In this document: positions 13,600 to 26,337 of the stretch, piece by piece
Numbering within the stretch: the first letter of the stretch is position 1
Layout: each line of letters starts with the position of its first letter
Source of the DNA: Camelus dromedarius
Lineage: Eukaryota
Assembly: GCF_036321535.1 (NCBI RefSeq)
Contig: NC_087436.1
Span: 66,094,001 to 66,158,000, forward strand
DNA length: 64,000 nt
Reading direction: 5' to 3'
The notes under the pieces: model-generated
Seen by the model: the letters and a program-made list of their open reading frames with translations, nothing else
Database searches by the model: none
Told to the model about the DNA's origin: nothing
Translations under genes and position numbers: made by a program

Positions 13600-13978
13600 G
13601 AGGCTGCACATTGGGGATACATACTTGGTTTGCTTTCTGAATAAAATGCTCTTCCCCTAGATGTGTTCCCATAGTGTACCTTCTCCCTTCTTTTAGATTC
13701 CTGCTCAAATCTCATTTTTCCCATGTACATGTTAGACTCCTCTGTGTAAATTAGGAGCCTCAGTTTCTTGTGAAACACTGGAATTTTTTTTTAATCCCTT
13801 CTGAACACTTATTCCTTCTTGAAACTACATCATCTATTTATTTATTGGTTTCATTTTTATCTTGCCCCTGTAATATAAGCATGATGTTGTACTAAAAGGG
13901 ACTGGGCCTCTTTTTTGTTCACCACTATATCAGCAACACCTAGAACAGCAGCTTGCACATATCAGCTGATTTGAATGA
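13600..13978 (+). mobile_element. L2 3' region
   Basis: aatgctcttcccctagat...ctgctcaaatctcattt...ttgttcaccactatatcagcaacacctagaacagcagcttgcacata. Confidence 0.75.
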
Positions 13979-16900
13979 TTCCATAGTATTCTCACTTTGC
14001 CTGTGGGGACTCAATATTCTGTGCTACTATACCATTGGGATTCATTCTCTGCAATGCCAAAGACTGGGTATTCCCAAATTCACTTGGTCAAATTAAGGCT
14101 TCCATCTTGCTGCTGTTGTTTGCTCTGCAGAGTGGTAGCTTTATCTTACCCTGCACGATACAAATGAATTTAGTTGGCTATAGTTACTTTGGGAAGCTTG
14201 GTGCAGATTTAAAGAACACAAGTGAAACTAAGTTGAATTCAAGGGTTTTAGCCAGTAAAGATTTTAGTGCAATGCTAGTTTTAAACAATGAGGTGTCAGT
14301 GATTAAATTAGATTTTCAAAATTTTTTGGTCTCCATTGATGATGGCAAATGGCAGTGTCTTGAATTTCCATTTAAATATTTATTTAAACATAAAGTTTCC
14401 CTTGTGAACTGAGGTTATTTGATTACTCATAAACAACATTCAGAAAATACCCACTCTCCCTCTAGACTGACAGAATTTATACAATTTGGTCTAATTTTTC
14501 AGTCTTGCTTCCCTCTATTTTCCTGTTTTCCTATGTGACTGTTGAATACAAAACTTGTCCAGTGCCCTGGGGCTTCTTTTTGTTGGCATTGAATTTTTCA
14601 CATTTGAGTAAATCTGCTCGAGTTAAAATCACTAGGTTACTTTCTCTGATCGCTGTTATTCTTTTCCTCTCCACTGTTCAATATTTTTACTTAAACTTTT
14701 TTCCCTTCCCAATTACCATTTGTACTCAATCTCCAACAACAAAAAAAGAATAATTCTAATATATTTTAATGCTTGTTATATTTTATAGTTATATTTGTAT
14801 AATTTTTAATAAAACAAGTTATCTAAACCATATGTATTATTACAATAAAAATGCAAAGTGTGTGATAGCTTTTTGAATATTTATGTATGTATTTATTCCT
14901 GAGTTGTTTTAGAAGAGGAAACAGATTTTGTTTTTAAGTAAACTCCCCAAATAGCAAGTAATATATCTTGCAGTTACTTGGCAGCAAGCATAATCATTGA
15001 TTGGCGAAATAAAAATATTTTAAAAAATGAATTAGTTAGATCATTCCTTTGATCTTGTACTGAGTTATTGTATAGTAACCTTCAGCAATTAAGATGTAAT
15101 TGCTGATAACTACATGACAATTTGTGATTGTCATATTAATATCTTCATTTACCAATTGATGAATTGACTAAAGGTTTAGCAGATGTATTCATTGTTTTTT
15201 TGTGGTTTGTTGACAATGTTAGTAAATTGAAGAGTTATTTAGATTAATGTGTTATAGGATTTGCTAGAGAATATCTTCTCTATCAAGAGCTTCCAATAAG
15301 AAACTAAATTGGGGAAAATATTACCATCATTTGACACTATATTTTTATATTAAAAAGCAATGAAAACACTGTGTTACTAGAATTGGCATTTTCATCAAAA
15401 TATTTAAAGGTCTTAACCAAATATGTACCTCAGTCAAAATTTGGAAAAGGCTTTTGGTATTTAGCTGAGAACCCAAATATTTACATATATTTAGAGTATT
15501 TTGTGGATGTTAAAACAAATTGTTCAGTGTGAGAAAGAACTGCTATTTACATTTTTCAGTTGTTACAGACTTTTCTACCACTAACTTTGTATTAAAAAGT
15601 AAAAACATAGCATTTAGTTTATTTACAAACTCTAGATTTTACTTATGTTACTTAAGCTTAAATTCAACTAATGTAATATTTGAATAAGCTTTAGACTTCT
15701 GCTAGCTGAGAGCTCATTAGCATGGCACTTTCCAGCACACAAAAAAAGTCATTTATATTCCAGTCAAAACCAGATATTTAGACACATGTTTTTGAATTGT
15801 AATGTGGTGTGATTATAACCAAATAATGTTTTATTGACTCAAAATCAGATTCAAAACTTGCAAACAGAATTACTTTAATAATGTTAATTACTTTTAACTT
15901 AATAAGCCAAAATATAGTGTGACTGCTTTATATGTGTGCAGTTTTACAGGAAAATACACTCTCTTGAACAGCCAACTACAGTAAGTGTTCAGAAACACAT
16001 AGTTCTTTCATATATATATGCTTTACTTTTTCTAAATTAAATTCTTGATTGTGAGAGAAGGTCAAAAATTTTTCATAACTACTCAAAACCTTTCTTAACT
16101 ACTCAAAACTAAAATCTTTCTAATCAAAATTTTATATGCTGAATAGCATATGGTGATAATAAAATAGATTTTCAGTAGTCTATTTGCAATTGGCTAAAGT
16201 CAGGACTAGTTAGTATATAGATGTGTAGAAAGAGGAACTAAAGATTAGATATATTTTTAAAAAATTATTTAAATGACAAAATGTAAAGGGGATTAAATAT
16301 TAGATACATGTTTAACATATCATTAAAATAGCATGTAAAGTTTGCTGCTGCTGTTTTTTCAAAGACTAGTGGTTGAATATATTTGAAGTCCTAAATCAGC
16401 AACTCCAAATGCAATTTGGTGAATTCTAATTAAATTGAACTTTAATGATTGTAGTATAAATATAGGGACTATGACTGATGGGAAATCCAATGATTTAAAC
16501 CAAAATCAAATAGTAGGAAATGAGAAATATATATTGAATAAATTATAGAACACTTTTTTTTCAGATTTATAGTGCACAGAAAGATAAACATGTGTCCATA
16601 ATGTATTAGTGATTCACTTTCTATGTTTACTCAGTGTGCAGTTAAGCTTCCAATGGCACTCATTCTAATAGAAATGGAACGTATTTGTAGAAGTGCTATG
16701 CTTTGAGCAGTAAGTTTACATTTCATAAATTTCTAGGGAAAGTAAACAAAAAAAGTTTCTTATTGACTGGGATTAATAGGAGTTTTGCTTCCCATTCTGC
16801 TGTTTTTATTCTTTATTCTCAATGATACTCAATTATCAATTAACTCAGTCAAAAACCAAACTAATAACACTGCTTCCTTTTCTGAAAAATCCTTAAGGGA

Positions 16901-17619
16901 ACTTAATAAGAACTTTCCAAGGCAATACAAAGAAGCCAATTAATGCATTCAAAGTCACTTGAGAGCCTCTCTCATGATGCCTTTTCATATAATGTGTTTC
17001 TAAGAGTTAAAGTCTATGCTGTTTTTTAGATCCAGTGGCTTTTGGTTATTAAAATGAAAGGCAAGCCAAAAACAATGACAAAGAATAGTGTTAACATGTA
17101 AAATTAATTCTAAACCTCGGGCAATAACATAATGCTATACGTGATTTGAGGAATAGTTAAAAATTCAGGTGTGTCAGATATTTTGTATGCATCCTAAAGA
17201 TCAGCTGTAATATTATATAACCTTAAATGCTTAAATCTACTGGTTCTGGAGATAAAAATATTTTTACATTGCTCTAAAATATGATCAATATGTGTTGGGT
17301 TTCTTTGAAAGATTTAGTTAATGACAAAATGAGTAAATAGTAATATCATCTTGACAGACATCCTTGGTTGTTTATGTCTTAGCACTGCAACACTTTAATC
17401 ATAACTTTCTCTGATCTACTTGAACATAACTGTTCTGAATACCTACTTAATTGGTAGAGTCATTGATAACGATCATCTTAACACTTAGTTCTGTTGTGAT
17501 CTAGAATTCTAGACTTACTTCTGATTTTGTGTTTTTCCAAAGTTGCTTAGTTCATGTTTTTAAATGTATCTTTCTACATAAAATGACATAAAATACTTAA
17601 ATTTAAGATCATTTTACAA

Positions 17620-17623
<4 letters not shown>

Positions 17624-17650
<27 letters not shown>
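17624..17650. repeat. (CA)n microsatellite
   Basis: acacacacacacacacacacacacaca. Confidence 0.95.
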
Positions 17651-17654
<4 letters not shown>

Positions 17655-17809
17655 GTTCATATCCAATACTTCCTGATAAGGTCCTTGCAAGTTAAATGGC
17701 TTTCCTTGTAACTAAGTCAATTAAATTTTATATTATATGCCTCCCTTAGGTTTTTGCTCAGACTAAATAAGATTATCACAAGAAAACTAGAGTAATGAAT
17801 GTCTAAACC

Positions 17810-18000
17810 TCAAGTTTGGAAGTAAAAAGACAGTTTTGCTGTCTCCTATCCCTATGTCTTTGGGAAAGGTATCCAACCTTCCTTATTAGTATATAAAGAA
17901 GGAAAGAGTAACTGTTACCTCGCAGGATCTTTTTATGTATCAACATAGGTAATAATTAAGAAGAACCTTGGCACAAGATCAACTCTGAACAAATATTGTG
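17810..18000 (+). mobile_element. MIR fragment
   Basis: tgtctttgggaaaggtatccaaccttcc...tataaagaagga...gttacctcgcaggat...cttggcacaag. Confidence 0.5.
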
Positions 18001-18079
18001 CCTTTTCCCTAAAGTGTTTTTTAAGTATCTGAGAATAGTTGACAAAAGATAATTATTTATCACATATATCAAATAAAAT

Positions 18080-19540
18080 ATTCTAACTGTATTTGCAGCA
18101 GCTTTTCCCTTTCTTCTTATTACAATGAAAGAATTGTCTGTTTTACTCTCGAGGCCAGTCTCTCCATTTGTATTCCTGTTCTCATCCCTCTGGCTTCACA
18201 AGGGCATCACCATTTGGTCACCAACTCTTCTTCAATATTCATATCGTCCATTTTCCTAGATATTTACAAGTGGTATATAAAGACATTTTATTAACTTTCA
18301 TAATAAAATATGCCCAATCTTTACTGCACATCTTTTTCCAATATCCTTGGTTATTCTGTTCAATTCAAAGCCAAAATTCAGAGCCAAAGCGTCAAGCTCA
18401 GATTGTTTTGACTTACTCATTTTCATCAATTTTGTACTCTATTAGAATATGACTTTTGGCAGTCTTCCACTAAAGCTATTCATCTTCTTCATTAGTTTTC
18501 CAAATATGACTTACTCTTGCTCTCTCTCCTATCTCATTGGCTATTCTTTTCATTCTATTTTCCCTTTCCATTCCTCTTCCCAAACAAAAATTATAGTGGT
18601 TTACATGCCTAATACTAGAACTTCTTTTCAATTTTTTAATACTCTCTCCCTAGGTAAGTTTAAATTTCAGTGTTGAATATAAATGTTATGCTAATGGCTT
18701 TAAGTGCCATTAGCATCTCTATCCTAGAGCTTGTTTTTTTATGATTTAGATTCACAAATACATTGAATATATGTCATCTTTCCCTAGATATCAGCAGTTT
18801 TCTCAAATTCACCATGTCTTAAATTGAAGTTTAAGCCATCCATACAACCTACCATATCCCATCTTTGCAAATGGCTTCCCAGCGTACTGTGTTAGTAAAG
18901 TCAGATCTCTCTGTGTTATTCTTGATTGCTCCCATTCCCTCAATCTCAGTGCATCAAAATCACTGGGCAGTCTCTTAATCCTCCAAAACAAGTATCTTAA
19001 ATCTGCTCACTTTTCTTTGTCCACATTGCCAAATCATAGTCCAGTTCAAATTTATTTTCCAAGATCATACTAGAGTCTGAAAACTAGTCTCCTAAAAGCT
19101 CTTCCATTTGCCACTTTTGTCTGCTCATCTATTCTGCATAGGGATGACAACATTGGTCTTTTAGTCATAATATTCCACTATTTAAAATCTAACTTTAGAT
19201 TTCTCTCTTAACATCCTCCTCATGAACTGTGAATCTCTGCCTGCTTTGCTCCCCATGTATTTTCTCTAACTGTCCCTTTTCCTGCTATGTATCCCTCACT
19301 CTGACGTTCTTTTAGTTATCGAGAAAACATTGTTTCTCAAACTGTTTTTTTTTCCATGCTACATTTTCCCTCTCTAACCCATTATCACCATTGATTATCT
19401 GTGAAATACACTTACCATTCATCTTGCTGTTGCTCATGCCAGAAAGCTAAGAGTCATCTTTGAAGTTTCCCTGATATTTGACCTTAGAATCCTTTCCAGC
19501 ACAAAGCCACATTGATTCACCTCCAACATATATTTCAAAT
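18080..19540 (+). mobile_element. L2 LINE, degraded body
   Basis: pyrimidine-rich L2 hallmarks: actctctccctaggt...ttaaat..., ctcaaattcaccatgtcttaaattgaa, agtcatctttga. Confidence 0.7.
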
Positions 19541-19589
19541 TGCTCCATCTTTTCTTGCCTTCACTGCAATAGTCTTATCCAGAACATCT

Positions 19590-20270
19590 GCTGTACTACA
19601 GGGATATTTATATTTCTATATTCTATTTTATTAATTTCTTCTCTCATCTTTATTTCCTTCCTTCTACTTACTTTAGATTTACTTCGATCTTTTTCCAGTA
19701 TCTTAAGGAGGAAGATCAGTTTATTGATTTGAGATCTCTCTTCTTTCTTAATACAGGCATTCAGAGCTATAAATTTCCATTTAAGAACTGTTTTAACTGC
19801 ATTCTATAAGTAATAGATACGTGTCAAAGGTTTTTTACTATCCTTTTGATTTCTTCTTTGAAACATTGATTATTTGGAAATATGTTGTTAATTTCCACAT
19901 ATTTTTGAGTTTCCCATAGTCTTCTGTTATTAATCTCAAATTTCCATTTTGTTCAGAGAACATATTTTGTATTCCATTGTAGTTGAAGAATATAATTTTT
20001 ATTATTTCTATTATTTACATTTTAAATTTATTGATGATTGTTTTATGATCTAGCATATTCTATATTCTAGAAAATATTTCATATGGACTTGAGAAAAATG
20101 TATATTCTGCTGTTATTCTATAGTTGTCTGTTAGTCTAGTTGGTTTATATTGTTGTTCAAGTCTTCTATTTCCTTGTTGATCTTCTGTCTAATTGTTATT
20201 GAAAGTGGAGTAAAGAAGTTTCCCAACTATGTCTTCCTTCAGTTCTGTCAGTTTTTCCATCATGTATTTG
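19590..20270 (-). mobile_element. L1M ORF2 fragment
   Basis: ttaatttcttctctcatctttatttccttccttctact...gctataaatttcc...cttgagaaaaatgtatattctgctgtt...ttgttcaagtcttctatttccttgttgatcttctgtct. Confidence 0.85.
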
Positions 20271-20271
20271 T

Positions 20272-20465
20272 GTGCAAGAACAATATAGTCCCTTGAGATT
20301 GGAGCCACAAGCTAAGAACGGGCAATGCATTGCTTAAGACTTGCAATACACTACATCAGTCCCAGGTTCCCTATATTTGGACTTATTTGACACAAAGGAA
20401 AAATAAATAAATAAATCTGGTTTTTTAAACCAAAAGATTTCCAGATAACTGTTGTGGGTATTGGT
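20272..20465 (+). mobile_element. MaLR (MLT1) LTR fragment
   Basis: ggagccacaagctaagaa...aataaataaatctggttttttaaacca resembles the MLT1 3' half. Confidence 0.5.
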
Positions 20466-20700
20466 GCAGTTTCTAAAAGTTACATCTCTTAAAAAGTAGA
20501 CACAACCTGTACACTTAGAATGAAACTAGCCACTCCATTTTTAAAGTCTGCTTTATTTTTTTTTCTCCTCTCTCCTTTTTTTCACTCTTACATTGAAAAT
20601 GAAAATTGTGAAAGCTCAGAGGATTTGTTATTTCATGTTCTCCTCCCTTTCCATCTTAAACTTTAACTGTAATCCAGTATTTCAGGGTTATTGATCATTC

Positions 20701-20930
20701 TTTTTTTTTAACATTTTTTATTGATTTATAATCATTTTACAATGTTGTGTCAAATTCCAGTGTAGAGCACAATTTTTCAGTTATACATGAACATATATAT
20801 TCATTGTCACATTTTTTTCTCTGTGAGCTACCATAAGATCTTGTATATATTTCCCTGAACTATACAGTATAATCTTGTTTATCTATTCTATAATTTTGAA
20901 ATCCCAGTCTATCTCTTCCCACCCCCTGCT
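20701..20930 (-). mobile_element. Young 5'-truncated LINE-1 3' end (camelid-type) with TSD
   Basis: poly-T head then acattttttattgatttataatcattttacaatgttgtgtcaaattccagtgtagagcacaa; perfect direct repeat ggttattgatcattc at 20686-20700 and 20931-20945. Confidence 0.9.
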
Positions 20931-22481
20931 GGTTATTGATCATTCTTTAATTATTCCCATTTAAAAGATGAGATAGAAATGTCTTTTTTTTATTTCAACA
21001 ATCAACTGAGTTATCAAACATATTGAACTTTTGCTTTCAACAAAGTAAAAATTTCACTGAGAAGAATGGTCTGATCAAAGGGAGTAATTCTTTGATATTA
21101 TTCAGAGCAAATAAATTCTAATTATACAAGTATCTGCAAAGATTTAGATTATATTTAGCTTATTCTTCATCTTTGTTGTTGTTTTCTTTTTATTCCCATT
21201 CTTTTCTATTTCTTGGGTTTTTGTTTTTGTTTTTTCATTTTTTCAATCTCAACCAACTCTTAAAAGAGTTCTAGTCCTGGCTATTAAGAGTGGAAATCTG
21301 AAATGTAAGAGTTGACTATGACCTAGTAAAATGCTTCTTCATTCCTTGGTGTCTTTTAACATTTTTCTTATCCCAGTGAGGGTTTCTTTAGCCTGATTCA
21401 GAGATTTTTAAGGGCTACATATACTCCATGAAGAGCAGAGATGTCTCAAGCTTGTTAAAATAACTTTCACATTTTACCAGGACTTTGAAAAATTATTTTG
21501 GTTAATTTGAATCAAGGTGACTTCTCCCTAGGACTAAAGTAACTTGATCGCTTGAAGTACTTTAACTATAGGAATCAATTCTATTGGAGCAAAGCTGTTA
21601 ATTATCCAGAACTCAAATGAGTTCAGCCTGTATACCATAAACTACCATAATGCTTCATTAATTCAAGTGGATACCACTGCTAGGCAAGTTTTTCAGAGAA
21701 GTTAAAACCAACCAGATATTCTAAAATATCAAATTTTCTTCAAAAGCTGGACTATGTCTTGTCCCCAGGTACAGAAAAAAGGATGTCTAAGATGAGATAT
21801 AAGTACTCCAGTTAAAGTCACAGAAAGTCAGTCTGTGCTCAAATTAATGAATATATTGTTTTGAATAAATTTAGAACTGCCAAAGTATATAATTATTTCA
21901 TTAAATGATTACAAGTTATCCACAGCACAGGAAACTTACACACTTTGTCCAAATAACAAACATTAAGGAAGCTATTATTTTCAAGGTATGCCCTCCAAGG
22001 AATAAAAATTTTATATACATATCCTCAGATATAATTGCAAAGTTTATGATTTTTACTTTTAATCTGAATAAAACTATGTCTCTAAGTTACATGGACACAT
22101 ACACAGTCTTGAATATGGATATTAAAATATGCTTTGAAAAGGTCTGTATTTGGATAGACTAAAAAGCACTAGAATAGACATGTATTTTTATATTTTAAGT
22201 CATTTGTGCATATACACACAATGCATATGCATATACACAAGGCATGCACATCTATACATTCATAAACACGTGCATATGTCTATTCCTGTACCTTGCTTAT
22301 TTTCATATATGATTTGAGGCACCTGATGATAATAGCAAAATTAAATAGACAAACATAGATAGCATTTAAGTATAATAGATATATGCTATATCAACCTTTC
22401 TCTTTTAAAAATATAAAAAAACTAAAATAACCTTGTATCTCTAACTCTACTACCACTATCCATGCAAAAATAGAGACTCAT

Positions 22482-23021
22482 TGGTACAAACCAGTGCCAG
22501 AATATGTAGGAATATCCCAGGAGAGAGAATCTTCAAATTTACCTCAAGAACTCAAACATTGGGTTCTTTAATTAGTATTAGACATAAGATCTATAATTAT
22601 TTACCTTTAAGTTATGGTTCAGCCTCTCTGAAAAGATCAGCAGAATTTCAGATTATATTTCACCAGTGAGAGGCATTAACAAAAGCTTTGGAGGGGAGAA
22701 GAGAAGTAAATGCAATTCTTACTTATGTAGCTATGGCAGGCAAGTGCATGGGCCAAGACACCTGACAGAAGTAAAGCTGTACAGTCACCTTGTGGACACC
22801 TTCTATCAAGATGCTCTCATTGTTGCAGGGATCTGAGAAAATTGATGTCTACTTCCTATGATGACTAAACATTTCTGATATCCTGGCAGATTTCATTGAC
22901 TTTTGCTTCTTCCACTTTTCCAATGGTTTTGTAAGAGTCCTGTTTCTAAATTTCTTTGTTAAGTTTCTTCTTGCTTGATGTACCTACGGTGCTATTTTCT
23001 TGATTATAGCAGAATTCATAC
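22482..23021 (+). mobile_element. ERVL LTR, LTR40/LTR41-like
   Basis: caccagtgagaggcatt...tggaggggagaagag; cttttgcttc...ttccaatggttttgtaa...gtacctacggtgctattttcttgatt...ataca. Confidence 0.6.
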
Positions 23022-24005
23022 AGAAAAGCTATAAGATAAAAATCATCTTTAAATAGCATTTTTGTAAGCAGCAAAGTTATTTTTTAAAAATACTATTTTT
23101 TAATTTCGATTGGTCTCAGTATGAGTGCTCTGCTCTATTTTATGCCATTAAGCCATTAAACTGGCTTATAAGTATGCATCTTTACAATAATTTCTACCTG
23201 GAACAAAAATAAAGTCATTAGTTCAAGGACATGAATTACTGTCACTTCCAGAGTTTTTGATTTTATTTTAATATCGTTTTGCTTCTCACCATGCATGCAA
23301 ATGTAATAATTGAGTTCCTGCAAAACTCCAGAAAAATTACAATATTAAAATAAATAATTTCTAAGTATAAGAACACATTTATTTGCTTTAGTTATCACTA
23401 CCTCTTATAATTTAGACAACATTTAAAAAACTCAAAGGTTAGTCTAGGCAAGGGAATGCAATACAGTAATTATTATTTAAAGACTATAATTTTAACCACA
23501 GTAGGCATTTCACCTTGTTTATTCCCAGCTATTTCCTTGTAGTGAATAATCTCATGAGGGAAAGTTTCTAGAGGTGCTGTCATAGATGGTGTCTTATTTT
23601 AAACCAAGCTTGCCTTTCACACCTTGCCTTCAAGGTTTCAGTCAATGTTTTTATTTAGATTTGACTTATGAATCCTCAAGGAAGCTCTTGAAAGTGGAAG
23701 TTTCTCAGGAGCCTAAGAGTTAATTCTCAAAATTTTGTAAATATGTGGAACAAAATCATTTGTAAGTTTATTGAAACCATAAATATTTCAGTTAAGTCAC
23801 TTATCAATATTTTAAGGAATACACTAAGAAAAGTATAAGGAAAATTATTAAGAGTAAACATGACGTTTTTAACTAAATTTACTTAAATAAACAAATTTTT
23901 ACTGAGTACCCACATTGAGTTTGCTTTGTCTAAATCAAGATACCTACTTTGGCTTTTTGAAATTAGTGTTAGCATGTTATAATTATCTCCATCAGTATTG
24001 TGTGT

Positions 24006-24835
24006 TTCCTCTAGCTTTATTGAGGTATAATTGGATATATTACATTATATAAATTTAAGGTGTACAATGTGATGATTTTATACATGTATAAACTGCAAAA
24101 TGATTGCCAGAATAAGGTTGGTTAACATGTCCATCATCTCATGTAATTACTTTTTCTTTTTTTTTTTTTTTTTTTGCAGTGAGAATGTTTAATATCTAAT
24201 CTCTTTGCAAATTTCAAGTATCCGATACAGTATTGTCAACTAACATTCCCATTATGTACATATTACCTGGAACTTATTAATTTTATAATTGAAAGATTTT
24301 ACCTTTTGGCCTACACCTTCCCATTTCCCCCATATCTCAGCCCCTGGCAACCACCATTCTACTCTATGTTTTTATGAGTTAGGCTTTATTAGATTTTATA
24401 TAAGTGGGATCAAATAATATTTGTCTTTGGATTAGCATAATGCTCTCATGGTCTGTTCATGTTGTCACAAATGGAAGGATTTCATTCTTTTTATGGCTGA
24501 ATAATATACCATATATATATATTTTTTCTTTTTTCATTCATCTTTCAGTGGACACTTAGGTTATTTGCACATCTTGGCTATTTTGAATAATGCTGCAATT
24601 AACATGGAAATACAGATATAGCTTTGAAATTGTGATTTAAATTCCTTAGGAGAAATAGCCTGAAGTAGGAATGCTAGATTACGAGGAGATGCCATACTTT
24701 TCCATAGTTTTTCCAGATTAATAATGTTGAGTTTTTTTCAAATTCCTGTTGGTCATCTGTATATCTTCTTTGGAGAAGTATGTATTCAAGTCTTCTGCCC
24801 ATTTTTTAATCACATCATTTGCTTTTTGCTATGTA
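24006..24835 (-). mobile_element. L1MA9/L1MA10-like LINE-1 3' end
   Basis: agctttattgaggtataattgg...tttaaggtgtacaatgtgatgatt...cagcccctggcaaccaccattctactct...tttatggctgaataatat. Confidence 0.85.
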
Positions 24836-24837
24836 AG

Positions 24838-25456
24838 TGTTACTGGGAGGAGGGGGAAAAAAAAGATACCTTGGTTCTTTGTCACCTAAAAAAAATGAAC
24901 TTTTAACAAGAGACAGGAAGTGTGATATAAACAGAGAATTTTATTAGTAAAGTAGAAAGGTAGTAAGATATAGTACCCGGGGGCACTATAGTTGGGGGCG
25001 GACCAACCCAAGAGAGGGAAAATGGTGCCGCTCCTTTGTTTTTCCTGTTCTTATATCCTGGCTTAGGGGTGTCTTCATGATTGGTTTATTAATTCACTGC
25101 TTAGGGTTCTCTGAGTGCTCAGGCTGACTGGCAGCTCACATTCCTTGTACTGAGGCATGCCCATCTCTTTTGCACATGTTCTTACCCATGATGCACACAG
25201 AGAAACCTATGGGAGGGGGCTCAAACTGCAATGTTAATTACATTATAATAAGCATTGGGTCAAGTTAAGCCAAGTCCTTCTCTCTACTCCATAGCCGTAG
25301 CATTCGATTTTAGCCGGCTTCTTTGCTGGCCCTCATTTAGAGAAAGTAAAAAATTTTGGAGTCCCTTATTCAGAATGCAGCCTTACTGTTATTTTGTGGG
25401 TTGTTCCATCCCATTCTTTCCTTGCCTGGTGGTCATTTCTATCTAACTGCCTAACA
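24838..25456 (-). mobile_element. Solo LTR, probably ERV1 class (619 bp)
   Basis: TGTTA...TAACA inverted termini; flanks taag/ttag (4-bp TSD, one mismatch); minus-strand order CCAAT (25084-25080), ATATAA (25056-25051), AATAAA (24945-24940). Confidence 0.8.
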
Positions 25457-26035
25457 TTAGGAACTCAGAAAACAATTGTAAAATAACACATAATCCATCC
25501 ATTTACTTTTAATCTACATATGTCTATTTATTTAACATGGGTTTCTTTTAGACAATATATAGTTCGGTCATGTTTTTTTGATCCATTCTGACAATCTCTG
25601 TCTTTTAATTGGTGCATTTAGCCATTGTCATTCAAAGTGACTATTGATATATTTGGCTTCTTATCTATCGTATCTACTAGTTTTCTGTTTGTTGCCCTTG
25701 TTCTTCATTCCTATTTTTGTCCTCTACTATTTTTATGCCTTTTGTAGTTTTGAGTATTTTATATGACTTTATTTTCTTTCCCCTCCTAGAAAATCATATA
25801 TATATATATGATTTTATATATATATAAAACCTCTTTTTGGTTGGTATATTAGTTTATAATATACATTCACAACTAATCCATGCCCACTTTCAAATAACAC
25901 TATACCACTTTAAAGTACTGTGAATACCTTATTAAAGCCAAATAGTCCTGTTCCTCCCCTCCATCCCTTGTAGCATTGTTGTCATTTATTTCTGGTTCTG
26001 ATGCATTGTGTCTTTTCAAATTGTGTTTTTATGGC

Positions 26036-26337
26036 TGTCGGCAATCTTAAGTAGGCTGTGGGACCCAGGGCAAAGTTCAGGATAACTTGCATGTGTATGA
26101 GGTAAGAGGTAAATGTACGCATGCGCTAATAGTATGAGTCAGCAGTATGAACAATACGCATGCGCGGGCATTATAAAAGGACAAATGCATACACCTGCCT
26201 ACACCACCCGCTTGTACTGCAATAAAGTGCTGTTTTGCTCTATGTCAGCTCCTCGCGCATTATGTCGGCTCCTCGCGCCTTCTTCCGGTTCGGCAGCTTA
26301 CCTCCTTGAATCCCTCTTAAGCCTCCCTCGGCTGACA
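26036..26337 (+). mobile_element. Young CpG-rich solo LTR (302 bp), 5-bp TSD, family not recognised
   Basis: TGTCGGC...GCTGACA termini; perfect TSD atggc at 26031-26035 and 26338-26342; TATAAAA 26172-26178; AATAAA 26221-26226; 15 CpGs. Confidence 0.9.

Noticed and set aside
14035..14412. 125-aa ORF in non-repetitive sequence
   Set aside because: TTG start, no recognisable domain, no clear splice or promoter context; consistent with a chance ORF
16071..16110. 20-bp tandem duplication tttc(a/t)taactactcaaaac(c/t)
   Set aside because: Two copies only; ordinary slippage, not an array
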